The notes: generated from the sequence alone by a model not told the origin. Positions 13,715-25,264 are shown, counted from the first letter of the stretch. The stretch: DNA of 64,000 bases from Eledone cirrhosa (GCA_964016885.1 OZ024742.1:140554001-140618000), one strand, 5' to 3'. Program-made: numbers and translations.

Positions 13715-16700
13715 TATATGTGAATTAGTTAAAGCCATATATACATATATATCATGGATTATGTATAGCTTACACTTTTTATTGATTCCTTAGCAAAATG
13801 TCATAAAATGTCAATTCATCTGATAGAAAAATTTCTCAGTTTAACTTGATGAAATATGGGAGGTTGTGGCAGTGGTGGTGATAGTAATGATGGCATTGAT
13901 GGTGGTGGTGGTGGTGGTGGTTGTAGTTGGTGATGGTGGTGGTTGTAGTGATGGTGGTATTAGTTGTGGATGGGGTTGTAATGTTGGTGATAATGATTGT
14001 GGTATTTGTGCTGGTGGTGGTTGTAGTGTTGGTGATAGAGATGGTGGTAATGGTAGTGGTAGCGATGGTGGTGTTGGCTGTGAGGTGTGTAGTGTTGGTG
14101 ATAGAAATGGTGGTGGTGGTGGAGTGGGTTGTAATTTTGGTGATAATGATGGTGGTATTTGTGCTGGTGGTGGTTGTAGTGATGGTGGTATTGGTGGTGT
14201 TTGTGCTGGTGGCGGTTTTAGTGTTGGTGATAGTGATGGGGGTTAGGAATAGTGATGGTGGTGGGTGTGGAGTGTGTAGTGTTGGTGATAGTGATGGTGG
14301 TATTGGAAGAAATAAAACCTCTTGGCTTTTTTAACTATATAAAATAAAAAAACTTTCAGAAATCAATTTAGATTTTTTAGAGATGTAACAAATTTTCTGT
14401 TAGTGAATCAGAGCAGAATACATTGCTCCTTTGTAATGTTCACTCACTTTATTTCTGTATCTTAATTAGTTAGAATTTTTACTAACTATGCATTAGGAGA
14501 ATCAGATGCAGTGTGCAAGAGAGAAGATTGTGCTGATATGATCATGTGATACAATTGGATGATAATCATTAGTTAAAGAAGTGCCAGAAGTTCTTAGTGG
14601 AAGGAAGCTGCCGAAGAGGAAGACTGAGAAAAACTTGAGCAGAAGTGGTGAGAGCTGATTTAAAGGAGGTAACAAAGGAATGCAACAACTGGAGGGAAAC
14701 TGTGTTGAAGAAGATCTGTCCAACCCATGCAAGCATGGAAAAAACAGACATAAAAATAATGATGATGATACTATCTTTATCTTCTAGCAAGTGGAAAATG
14801 TAACATATTTTTTGTCGTTGTTGAAAACCCACATAAAACCTCTGATTCTATTAAAAATCTTAAACTTAAAAGGATTTCTGTGTTTCTACACCTTGCAGAA
14901 TTTCACTATCTCTACCAAATGGATGCTTCATATCCTGGTCAGAATAAAGCAGAAGTGCGACAGTAGACTAGTTTGTATAGGCCTACAATATTGAGAGGAG
15001 CCTACTTCTCTCAAGTCCTAGTTCTTTTATCCTGTTCTGTTACTTGGAAGTACATCATGTACATCATCATCATCGTTTTTGCGTGTTTTTCCACACTTTC
15101 ATATGTTAGATAGGTCCTTCTCAGTATGGCATCTCTCCACTCATCACGTTCTTGTCATCTCCTCTGTGAATATCAGTGATTTGAGGTCAGCTCTCACAAT
15201 CTGTAACAGGTCTTTCTTGGTCTACCTCTACTGGGATTTCCTAGCACATCGTCTATGCACATCACATGTCCACACAAGCTTCTCTCTTGCACACCACTTT
15301 AGATTCCTTTTAAACTCAGCTTTTCCCTCAACTCGTCCAAACTTGGCCTTTCTCTCACACTTACATTGTAGCTTTGCCTTTCTCTTACACTTACATTTCA
15401 CACTACATATATATAACTGTAACCCATATATAAATCATAGGTATTTAGTACTGATTACCAAAATACTTAATAAACTTAAATTTCACATCTGGCCTGGGCT
15501 TATTACCATTGGGGTAAGTGAGGGGGGGGGGGGGGGGGGGGTTTACATTTCACCTCTAGCCTTGGCCTATTACCAGCTTCTGGAGTCTATACTTTACATT
15601 TGGCCTGGTCTTATTACCAGCTTTTTATGGACCTGTTCATATATTTAACCCTTTTATTACCATACTAGCATTAAAGCTCGGCGTTGCTCGGGGTCAGTAA
15701 GTTACCAAAGTTAGGTTGCACCACCCATTTTATGGCAGCACTTTTTTGTCTGCCAGGCACTGGGTGAATGAATTACAGACCTGGACTGCCGAAGCAGGAG
15801 CTGCGCCAGCAGTGACAATTGTAGTTTCGCCTATGGATATTATCTCTGTGCAAAGAAATGTTGAAATTTATTGTTTCACAGTACTTGTGCAACATGCGCG
15901 TAGACGATGCCAGCCGAACAACAGAGCTGCAATGGAGTTGTTCTACATGGTTGTCTGTGTGTTTTCTAAATTTAAGAGAGTAGGGAGTAGTGTGATATGG
16001 GGGAGAGTTAGCTGCTGTTTCTAGCAGGTTTAGTGACCTCATAGAGAATATGTGTTTTCTAAATTTAAGACAGTAGGGAGGGGTGTGATATGGGGGAGAG
16101 TTAGCTGCTGTTTCTAGCAGGTTTAGTGACCTCATAGAGGATATGTTTTCTAAATTTAAGACAGTAGGGAGTGGTGTGATATGGGGGAGAGTTAGCTGCT
16201 GTTTCTAGCAGGTTTAGTGACCTAATAGAGGATATGTTTTCTAAATTTAAGACAGTAGGGAGTAGTGTGATATGAGGGAGAGTTAGCTGCTGTTTCTAGC
16301 AGGTTTAGTGACCTCATAGAGGATATGTTTTCTAAATTTAAGACAGTAGGGAGGGGTGTGATATGGGGGAGAGTGAGCTGCTGTTTCTAGCAGGTTTAGT
16401 GACCTCATAGAGGATATGTTTTCTAAATTTAAGAGAGTAGGGAGTAGTGTGATATGAGGGAGAGTTAGCTGCTGTTTCTAGCAGGTTTAGTGACCTCATA
16501 GAGGATATGTTTTCTAAATTTAAGACAGTAGGGAGGGGTGTGATATGGGGGAGAGTTAGCTGCTGTTTCTAGCAGGTTTAGTGACCTCATAGAGGATGTG
16601 TTTTCTAAATTTAAGACAGTAGGGAGGGGTGTGATATGGGGGAGAGTTAGCTGCTGTTTCTAGCAGGTTTAGTGACCTCATAGAGGATATGTTTTCTAAA

Positions 16701-19700
16701 TTTAAGACAGTAGGGAGGGGTGTGATATGGGGGGAGAGTTAAGTTCTCTTTGTTATTGAAGTAAATAAATGTTTGACCGTTCCACACTCAAAAACAAACG
16801 TTCTCTCTCTCCCTCTCACTCTCTTCTCTCTCACTCTCTTCTCTCTCTCTACGACATTCCTAAAGGAAGTTTGTAAGCATGTATGTAGTTTTATCGAATT
16901 TGAAGGGGAGTAAAGAGGTAAGCAGATTCTATTAGAGGGGTAAAGCGTCATGTATTTAGTTTTATCGATTATTTCCATAATTGTGAGTGAGTTTGAATGG
17001 AATAAATAGTCGTTGACCTAAGTTAGACCATTTACAACATTCTTACAGACTTTGAGTCGAATCGGTTTGAAATTGTGCAAATGTATAAACATGGAACATG
17101 TGCACACACACACACAACAACAACAATCTGCCTTTTATAGATAATGATTATAATGAAAGACACTGCATATGATTTCCAAATAATTTGTGCAAACAATCAA
17201 GAATTTGGAGGGATTTAGACTTTCTTTTTATTAAGTTGGTGAACAAAGTTTCAGGTGGTTTAGTATTCTCCTCAAAATATGATTAGCCCTTTTAATAATA
17301 TATTTTCATAAAAATACTACCTATAATTTTCAAATAATTTTTGAAAATATTCAAGAATTTGAATGGATAATTAACCTCATTTTCTAAATAAAATTATTAT
17401 GAAATTTTTTTTTTTAGATAAATGTAAAACACTTTAAAATAAAGTTTTGTATATTAGAGCCAGTTTGCTGTCAAATGCCTTCAATTAAGTTATATTGGCC
17501 ATTTATTTTCCTTTGGAGCACATTGATAGCATGGAGAGGGTAGACTTGTATGCATGGACAACAGCTTGTCTTTTGTATTAGAGATGAACTGTCCCGGTGT
17601 AGCTCCATGGTTTCACAAGCCTTTTTCAAAGAATCTAGTAATTTCTGCTCTACTGGTAGACAGAGCCAAGAACATACTCTGAACGCCTTGCTTCCCTGGG
17701 CATGGATTCATTGAAGCTCCGACGTCTGGCAGTGGACTTGGTGAATACCCACAAAGTTTTTAACCATCTCGCCAACTGCAACCCTGAGCGCCTCTTTGAT
17801 CTCCATGTATCTAACACACGTGGACATGCCTACAAGATAAGAAAACAGCACAGCTCCCATGACTTTCGCAGACATTTTTTCACGCTCAGAGTTGCTGAAA
17901 CATGGAACAAACTGCCTGCGTCAATTGTTAGCTGCCGAGACACTGCATCCTTTAAGACACTCATGCTTCCCGAAATACGCCAAAACTACACCTGATGTGC
18001 CCCTTCCATACACATGCACACATGTGTGCACTGTTCATTTTACTGATGTTTGTGCATTGCCCTATGTACTGTACATGCACTTTTTTGATGGGTTGTGGTG
18101 CACCTGGGCACTGTGCACAATATTTCATTATTGTTATTGTTATTATATCATGACTCATACACTGTTTATTTTCCTGACATTTGTACATTATTCTATATAC
18201 TATACATGCACCTTTGATGAGTTGTAGTGCACCTGAGCACTGTACACAATAATTTCATTATATTATATATTATACTTATTTCATAATTTTATTAATAGAT
18301 ATTATATATTTTTTATTTTATTATATTTATATATCTAAATTTCAGAATAATCAAAACTATGTTCAAAGCATTTTATTGCTGACAATCGTTTCTTTCAAAT
18401 ATTTGTTTGGAATCATCGGAGAATTGGCAAAGTTTAAACATATGATTAACCTCCTATTCCACAGAACAATCAAAAAGATATGTAGATATTACTGTTGTTA
18501 TCAATAGTGTCATATTTAAAGAGTGGTCAGTATCAGTGGGTGTGACAAAGATTATAAAACAATTATAGAAGAATTATGAAAGACAGTTACTCGCAAAATG
18601 ACACTATTGATAACAACAGTAATATCTACATATCTTTTCGATTGTTCTGTGGAATAGGAGGTTAATTATATGTTTAAACTTTGCCAATGCTCTGATGATT
18701 TCAAACGAACGTTTGGAAGAAACGATTGTCAGCAATAAAATGCTTTGAACATAGTTTTGATTATTCTGTAATTTATATTCCTGCTCTGTAAGACATCTGA
18801 TGTATTTACATTGAGCTATTTTTCATAATGGTATTAAGGTGGTAAAAAATAAAAAATACTGACCTTTCCAGTTTATAATTATATATAGTGTATATATAAG
18901 TATAAATAATATTATATATATATCTATATATATGTATCTTTTGATATTTAATATACAAACAAAAATGGAAAACAAAAGGAAAGGAAGAATAGGGAAATAT
19001 AGAAAAAAGAAAAGAGAGAAAGAAAGAAGAAAAAGAATGGGAAGAGGAGGGGATGGCTGTTAGTGACATTTGTAATGTTCAGTTAAATGAATGGCTAACA
19101 AACACATCTTTGTTGTATTTTTGAAGGATTTCTTCCACATACAGATTATGGATGGAAACCTTACAGCCAACTTCAAACACTTTCTGCCTCACATAGGTAA
19201 TTATATAACTTTTTTGTTCATTATTTTTTAATTGCTTTTTATTGCATTTACCATGGTGTGTTTTCTGGAAAATGAAATAGTAAAAATATGCTAAGCAGAG
19301 CCTGTAAGGTGGACGTATTGTTGCCATGACAAGAAGGACTGTCAACCCTGTATGGTACTGGTGTTGGTACTACAAAAAAGCCCCCAGCACATGCTGTAAA
19401 GTAGTTGCTGTTAGGAAGGGCATCAAGTCATAGAAAACCAAGTCAAAAATGGATTGTATGAGTAAGGTGTAGTCACCTGACCTGTCTACTTCATGCAATA
19501 ATGAAGTTCTTCAATGTTACATATTACATATATCAATGTTTCTGTGGCTGTGAATCGTGGGCCATCACAAAGAAGATAGAGAACAGCATCAACACATTTA
19601 ACCCTTTAGCATTTAAACTGGCTGTATCCGGCCAGAATTCTCTCACCTCTTTCTGTTCAAACTTGCCGTAACTAGCCACTCATACTGATTTTAAGGTATT

Positions 19701-22700
19701 GTTCTCAAAATAAATATCAAAATCTCAGATTCAATATTATCTATATATATAAAACTGAGGATGTCTGTCTGTGTGAGTTTGAATCCTTAAAACTAGAGAA
19801 ACACCCAACCGACTGTTTTCAAACTTTACACATGTAATACCTAAGTTTCAGGGAGTGTTCTGAGCAAAAAAAAATTCAAATTTTCAATGCTCTAGGGACC
19901 GCATTAGGCGATCTCTCTCTATAATTCTTCGTCTTTCTCTTTTTAGATAGATACATACATATAACGTCGCGCCCTTATAATATCTGTCTGTATGTCTGAC
20001 TGTCTGCATTACGTCACTTCCTACAATTCGTTCTGCGTCCAGAACGCGCCCTTATAATATCTGTCTGTATGTCTGCTGCCTCCGGTTATTCTGCCACCCT
20101 TGCTCAAGACAAATCTCACACTCATTCCCCAAACAGTTGGTAAGTGCACACAACTTCTTCCTCACGTTTTAAGCCACAGTGTTGGTTGCTTACTTACGTA
20201 CCACCAGACCCTTACTTCTTTGCCAGCCGTGGTTGTGACAATATTAAGCTTAGCTAAGGTGGTTATATATTTCACAATACCTTATCCCGTGCAACGCCGG
20301 GTACCACTACTAGTGTGAAATAAAGCCTTTATCACGAAAATACAATAGTATATATAGAGAAATGTAAATGTTAAACCTCATGTATGAGAATGATGCTGGA
20401 TATCAAATGCTTCGATCACGTCAAACATTGATTTATATGAAATAACATCACTAACACTCTTCTTTCACTTACCTTTTTAAAGCAATGTTTTATGGTCAAG
20501 TACCCTTCCTGTCATCTCTTACATGTAGGGATACAGTGCAACTATTCTAAAATCATGGTGTTCTTAGGAAAAGCTATAATTTTTCCATTCACATCTTATC
20601 TTTTTGACTGCCCCAAAGCCAGTTTTATTGGTGTCAAGTAACAGAGTACAGGATGCCAGTCTATTGCAGGGTTAATCCCCAATTGTCTTTAATTCTTTTG
20701 TTTATAATATAATCTCAGTCAAAGGCAATGGATTATTAGTGTCAGATGAGATGCCTTGTAGTGTTTGTTTCCATTTTCTTTTGTGTTCTGAGTTCAAATC
20801 CCACTGTGGCCTATTTAGGTGGTAAACTTAATCTGTCACTCTGTTTAACACCAATGTCTGGTGTCTTTAGCAGAATCTACTTTGTTGCAAGCATTCAGGC
20901 CAGGGTGTCTGGTTTGACAATACTTTCCCAACAGTCTCAGAATCCTTGAAAAAGGACATGGACACAGCACTTTCTTCCTTCCTCTACACATGAGCCAATC
21001 ATCCCATTTAATTTTTCCTTACAACATTCATCACTGGTTCTTTCTATTCTCATCATCTTCTGTAATTCATTGTTAGTTTATCTTTCTTTCAATCAGCAAC
21101 TCTACTCATACAGTGAACCATTCTTTCCAGTTTTCTCTGTTGCTCCACATACATCACCTCTGTCTATTTCTTATCTAGGCATGTCTCACACATGTAGTAT
21201 AGACCTTTCTATTCAGTTTCAGTAGCACTACCCTTCTCATTAGCTCACCACTAACTTACTGAAACTTCTTCCATGACTTGTGCCTAAATTAGAAATCAAT
21301 ATTTACATCTCTTGACAATATTTACAAATATAAATTTAACAGGTCACATACAGATATCTCAAGTTCCTAACCGTGGTGAACCCAACACTGATGGAGAAAT
21401 CAACTACAACTATATTTTTAAATTGTTGCAATCCTCAAATTACGATGGTTATATTGGTCTTGAATATAATCCTGTTGGTAAGTATTTTGGTAATCACTTG
21501 TGTTAATGTTAAGGTGAATTGACAACTGATCTTTTATTGAGTGGTGGAGCAAGAAAAGATTTGTTGTTTTTAATAAATCTAAGACTAAACTACTATCTTT
21601 TAATCACCATAGAGAACCACTTTTGCCTTCCATTAATTAGATTTGCTAAGGGCGGTGAATTGGCAGTATCGGTAGAGGGTCGGACACCATGCCTTCCAGC
21701 ATAGTTACGTCCCTTTACGGTCTGAGTTCAAATCTCGCTGAGGTTAACTTTGCCTTTCATCCTTACAGGGTCGATAAAATAAAGTACTGGGTAATTGCTG
21801 GCCTTGTGCCAAAAGTAGAAACAATTAATTAGATTTGCTGATCATATGCTCCAAGAGAAACTCTTTACGCCCACTTGGTCTAACATTTCCTACTGTCAAT
21901 TGCCAAGTCTGCTGCCCAGAAAGTTGGTTCACTCTGTCATGTTAGAAAATTTTTTTCATGCCTAGAAGTATCTTATATCTTTATAAATCTACCATTCACC
22001 TTTGTATTAAGTACCAGGGCTTCTACTGTGCATAAAATCCAAAGCAGAATTGTCAACATTGTCAGTCTTAACTTATGTTGGCTTTAATCGCTGTCACACT
22101 GTTGAAATGTTGCCTCTGTGCCTTTTCTATAAATATTTTCATGGAAATTGTTCTGATGATCTTTGTTGCCTCATTTTCCTGAATTTAAACGGAGTACCAG
22201 ATTTGTGGCTAGGTTTCATCCCTTTACAGTTGATGTTCTTAAATGTAACCGCAAATTCTATTCTGATAGTTGCACATCTCACTTTTGGAATTCTCTTCCG
22301 GCTTCTTGATTTCCTGACCACTACAATTCTCAAATTCAAATGCAACACCTCTCTCATTGAATTATGTTCTTCTCCCTTCTTAGTAATATCCATTGCATTT
22401 TAGTGTAGTTCTTTAGATGCCAGGCAAGTGTGCTAATCACTACACTAAAGTCACCAATTCTGTCTTTTAGGAAATTTAAAACCTATATAGCTAGAAGTGT
22501 AATTAAAGTGATTTTTAATTTGAAATGTGTGCATCCTAATGCAAATGATCGATTCCCTCATAGGTGCCGCTGTCCACTTTACCTGATTTTCTCAACTATT
22601 ATCGCCATATTTTCAATGAAATGCTATATTTTAATCAATTAATGAAAAATTTGGAGGGATTTACTAAAATTATTGTTCCATCATTATGATAGTATTTGTA

Positions 22701-23349
22701 ACATACTTCTGACAGCTGCTGGTATCATGTAATCCAATACAATCTGCTTCATGGTCGAGTGTTTGGTGACTAAATGAGCTTTTCCTACAAGACCCTGGTC
22801 TGGTAAAGAAGGTAAGTGGAACCCCAGCAGCACAAAACAAAAAGAGTGGATGAACTCAGAGTCAACGACCATCCACCCTAACTATGTGTCAAAAAGCCTC
22901 ATCAACTTGCAATTAGATAAGTGTGGTGAGTATGGCTACACCCCTGACATGATCAAAACTAAACAGAAAGCAGTCGAGGTCAACCAGGGAGGATTCCTCC
23001 AACAAGAGTGAGAAGGCCTTAAATTAGATTGGATTTGTAACAAAAGGTCCTTATACAAAATTATTTTGGTAGGTTTTAGCTTAAATAATAACCCATTAAA
23101 ATCAGGGATTTTGTTTTGTAGCACCAGAGGTGATATGGGGTGGGTTGGTAAACTTTCCATCAGAATTTTAATATGAACACTTAAAAGTGTGAGGTTTTGT
23201 GTATAGTATGAAGGGCAATCTTGGGTTGATTGGTCGGTTTCATCAGAGCTAAGTTGGTTTATTAGATTGTGTTGTAATCAAATTTTCTAATTGTAGGTAA
23301 CACTCATGAAGGGCTCAGTTGGATTCATCAAATGGGACTGCAATTATAA
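7064..23349 (+). CDS. HYI: Hydroxypyruvate isomerase (HYI), 5'-partial spliced gene
   Basis: join(7064-7163,11241-11319,12498-12547,19127-19196,21343-21477,23297-23349), all AG/GT, phases 2-0-1-0-1-1 consistent. Translation VHIMAAKVPKYSDKAIEETFLENLRFAANRFQK/EDIMGLIEPINSRLSVPNYFLDCPHR/ALKYVKELNHPNLKLQF/DFFHIQIMDGNLTANFKHFLPHI/GHIQISQVPNRGEPNTDGEINYNYIFKLLQSSNYDGYIGLEYNPV/GNTHEGLSWIHQMGLQL*. Carries the HYI motifs IEPIN, DxFHxQ, HIQxxQVPxRGEP and GLEY. Confidence 0.93.
8745..9480 (+). repeat. 90-bp tandem array derived from an RTE LINE coding segment
   Basis: ccagtggtga recurs at 8761, 8851, 8941, 9031, 9121, 9211, 9301. The unit translates RGIEPVVNVVxRNGMRWxGHMLRK and runs into an RTE 3' end (GRGRPRK) at about 9640. 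Confidence 0.9.
9645..10625 (-). mobile_element. CR1-clade LINE 3' fragment
   Basis: DLGITVSSDLRWTKH, LYxxMVRPHLEFASPVWNP, VQRRATK, FFTLRVAEAWNKLP; 3' UTR shared with the copy at 17670. Confidence 0.88.
11241..11319 (+). CDS. HYI: HYI internal exon
   Basis: ctacag|GAAGAT...AGAG|gtaaaa; GLIEPINSR motif. Confidence 0.92.
11380..11810 (+). mobile_element. Decayed RTE-clade LINE 3' end (different family)
   Basis: KLRTTQKNMExxMLGIT, REQTKVQDI and KIKWK remnants ending in a GAT-rich tail. Confidence 0.6.
11965..12410 (+). repeat. 27-bp pyrimidine-rich minisatellite
   Basis: Unit ctatctctcccctctcctccagttcca, about 7 near-perfect copies then decaying. Confidence 0.9.
12498..12547 (+). CDS. HYI: HYI internal exon
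   Basis: ttttag|CTTTG...CAGTTT|gtaagt; HPNLKLQF. Confidence 0.9.
12735..13630 (-). mobile_element. Decayed RTE LINE RT fragment
   Basis: [51 protein letters not shown], same family as 27427 and 37141. Confidence 0.88.
13860..14310 (+). repeat. (GGT/GAT)n low-complexity repeat
   Basis: Degenerate trinucleotide array. Confidence 0.85.
15665..17141 (-). mobile_element. Non-autonomous Helitron containing a 91-bp satellite
   Basis: Minus-strand 5' TCTATAAAAGG, 3' CTAG preceded by hairpin CCGAGCAACGCCGAG, inserted at an A|T inside a TTAA-MITE. Confidence 0.75.
15955..16740 (+). repeat. 91-bp tandem repeat, about 8.6 copies
   Basis: ttttctaaatttaag recurs at 15962, 16055, 16146, 16237, 16328, 16419, 16510, 16601, 16692. 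Confidence 0.93.
17670..18265 (+). mobile_element. CR1-clade LINE 3' end
   Basis: ORF 17702-17995 ...NTRGHAYKIRK...FFTLRVAETWNKLP plus the family 3' UTR; short minus-strand copy at 56540-56690. Confidence 0.85.
18336..18775. repeat. Long inverted repeat (about 178-bp arms), probably inverted Penelope-like LTR pair
   Basis: Arms 18336-18513 and 18598-18775 are reverse complements with scattered mismatches; each arm holds a hammerhead-like core. Confidence 0.85.
18688..18734 (+). ncRNA. Minimal type I hammerhead ribozyme (Penelope-type)
   Basis: tgct-CTGATGA-tttcaaacg/aa/cgtttggaa-GAAA-c gatt g-TC-agca. Stem I tgct/agca, 9-bp stem II, short stem III, GUC cleavage triplet after 18730. Confidence 0.7.
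19127..19196 (+). CDS. HYI: HYI internal exon
   Basis: ttgaag|GATTTC...CATAG|gtaatt; DFFHIQIMDGNLT. Confidence 0.92.
19599..20375 (+). mobile_element. TTAA-flanked (piggyBac-like) MITE interrupted by a Helitron
   Basis: Starts TTAA CCCTTTAGCATTT; matches copies at 36826-37050 and 62806-63005. Confidence 0.7.
19740..20313 (+). mobile_element. Non-autonomous Helitron
   Basis: A|TCTATATATAT...CCCGTGCAACGCCGGG...CTAG|T, no TSD; the empty site is visible in the MITE copy at 62806-63005. Confidence 0.85.
21343..21477 (+). CDS. HYI: HYI internal exon
   Basis: taacag|GTCAC...CCTGTTG|gtaagt; HIQISQVPNRGEP...GYIGLEY. Confidence 0.94.
21648..21826 (+). mobile_element. tRNA-derived SINE, full length
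   Basis: A box TGGCAGTATCGGT, B box GAGTTCAAATC, core GCCTTTCATCCTTACAGGGTCGATAAAAT, tail AAAGTAGAAACAATTA; plus-strand copies also at 48414-48728, 57396-57695, 62219-62400. Confidence 0.85.
21870..22380 (+). mobile_element. Decayed CR1/L2/Jockey-group LINE 3' end
   Basis: LCLFYKYFHGNCSDDL and WNSLPAS motifs; related remnant at 52790-53200 (HCSHIW, WNSFSAHVFP). Confidence 0.6.
23297..23349 (+). CDS. HYI: HYI terminal coding exon
   Basis: ttgtag|GT AAC ACT CAT GAA GGG CTC AGT TGG...TAA; TxEGLxW is typical of the HYI C-terminus. Confidence 0.88.
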
Positions 23350-24026
23350 GATAATACCAAACATTTTCAAATTAATTAACCCCTGATCTATTGATTTGTA
23401 AATGTACATTAATATTTTCAGTGACTGCTGATATATAAATGATGCATATATATTTTAATAATTCAAAATTAAGGCAATTGTAGTTTTATTTTGTATTACA
23501 CTTACACCAACTATCCTTTTAAGATGATTGCTAAAGAAGGAATTAGTCTTTCAGGCCAAGTTTATACTTTTTGAGGCAATGTTTTATGGCTGGATGCCTT
23601 TCTGGTGCTAACCTTTTGTCACACCTATTCTAAAACCAGATATACACAAGTATTATAATTATTACCTGGATGGCATTTCTATTTTCACTTAGGATCTTTA
23701 AGACTTAATCTGTTGCCCTTGTGGTATGTGTTCTGAGTTCAAATCCCAATGTGGTCTACTTGGGTGATAGATTTAATTCAACACCATTACCTGGCCCTTG
23801 GCTATCTCTCTTCGACTAAATAATGAAAAGAAAAAAGCTAATTAAATGTCAAAATATTTTCCACAACACGAGAAAATATATATTTATATTGAATCTATTG
23901 AATTTAATAGAGAATATATTTATACTCACCTGTAACATATTAAACACTTGAATTGCATAACTGACACACTTCCTTTAACACTGTACTTTTCCAGAAATAA
24001 TATAGGACTGTATGTATCACTATTTT

Positions 24027-24420
24027 GGTAACACTTTAGGATGCAATCTACCTACGATGGTTCCACACACCTCTCAGCACATATACTGGAAGAGTCACTG
24101 CTATATTTATGGGTATTTCCATTACGAAAAAGAATACCAGTTCTAAACTTTCATAGAAACTCAGATTGCAGTATAATTTGTTGATGTCAGTATAATGGGA
24201 AAATGAGTTTCCTTTACAAACAGAACAAAGTTTGGCACCCCTTTCAAAGGCAACAAAGTACAGCCATGTATTCCCCACCTCTGTCTTGCATGACACTACC
24301 ACATAGATGGCAAAGATCTGCTTCTTATGGTGTATCCAGGAGATTGTTTTCCCGTAAAAATGCAACTGCTGTTTCCTCTGTTAAGCACCCATATTTTTTT
24401 TACAATATTTATTGCAGAAA
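24027..24420 (-). mobile_element. Decayed Merlin (IS1595-like) transposase fragment
   Basis: Minus frames TEETAVAFLRENNLL...CHLCGSVM...CCx*KGCQT/SVCKGNSF resemble the Merlin N-terminal zinc ribbon; terminal GGTAACACTTTAG at 24027. Confidence 0.55.
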
Positions 24421-24584
24421 GTATAAACAAAACATTATATGTATTCTGATGATTTCATATGAATGAAACAGTGCTAGTCCTGTAGAAGTCATTTCTATAT
24501 TATATAATAAAGATGCTTTTATTCTACCAATGTATTGAGTACCTTTTTTAACTGTGGTTACCTCCCAACACAACTCCGTGTGGG

Positions 24585-24618
<34 letters not shown>

Positions 24619-24762
24619 GTGAAACCAACAACCATTTTAATGCCATGACTGACTGAAAAAATTTTTCCGGGTACACAATATATTTTGCCTCAAAGTTATT
24701 TGATTAAGATCCACCTCTTATCAGCAAATACAAAGAGTCTGAAGTAAATATTGGTTTCATTA

Positions 24763-24979
24763 TCTTATATATACAATCTACTAATATGTATGTTTGTCTG
24801 AAATGCAGTAGAGATGACTGAGGAAGGAAGGGGTGAGAAACTGTAGCAGTCCAGTCTTCTAAGATTCATCACAGCTGTGTGAGTGTGAAGGAAGCAACCA
24901 ACAAACAAATGTCTTTTTTTATATTATGTATAGATATATTTCAATTAGCCGTCATTTTAGACGGCACGGGGCCAGCTAG
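24763..24979 (+). mobile_element. Short non-autonomous Helitron
   Basis: A|TCTTATATATA start; GCCGTC/GACGGC hairpin at 24948-24965; CTAG|T end. Confidence 0.65.
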
Positions 24980-25180
24980 TATAATAATGAAAATCACTAT
25001 TTCATCATCATCATCATCATCCACGCTAGCATGGGTTATAAATTTTTATTTGCCAAAATCAGATCCGATAATACAGGCAGTCTGATAATACAAACATCAG
25101 ATCCAATGCCAGATCATATCTGATAATACAGGCATTGTGGTAGTATTGACTAATAATACAGACATCAGATCTGGTCACGG

Positions 25181-25217
<37 letters not shown>

Positions 25218-25264
25218 TGGTGTATATATAAAGCATGTAGTTTAAAAAGAATAATGAAACTCAC

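Noticed and set aside
13866-14334. Gly/Cys-rich and poly-Val ORFs
   Set aside because: Degenerate GGT repeat with no splice or homology support.
14898-14994. Possible HYI exon after ttgcag
   Set aside because: No HYI similarity; the DFFHIQ exon is at 19127.
15955-16740. CRISPR-like regular array
   Set aside because: Units are contiguous and near-identical with no unique spacers; eukaryotic context.
21648-21745. tRNA gene
   Set aside because: A/B boxes belong to a multicopy SINE head; no cloverleaf.
23929-24010. Minus-strand exon-like segment with CAG|GTGAGT donor
   Set aside because: No recognisable peptide; not the next NMNAT exon.
24440-24485. CTGATGA...GAAA...GTC hammerhead-like string
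   Set aside because: Stem I cannot form.
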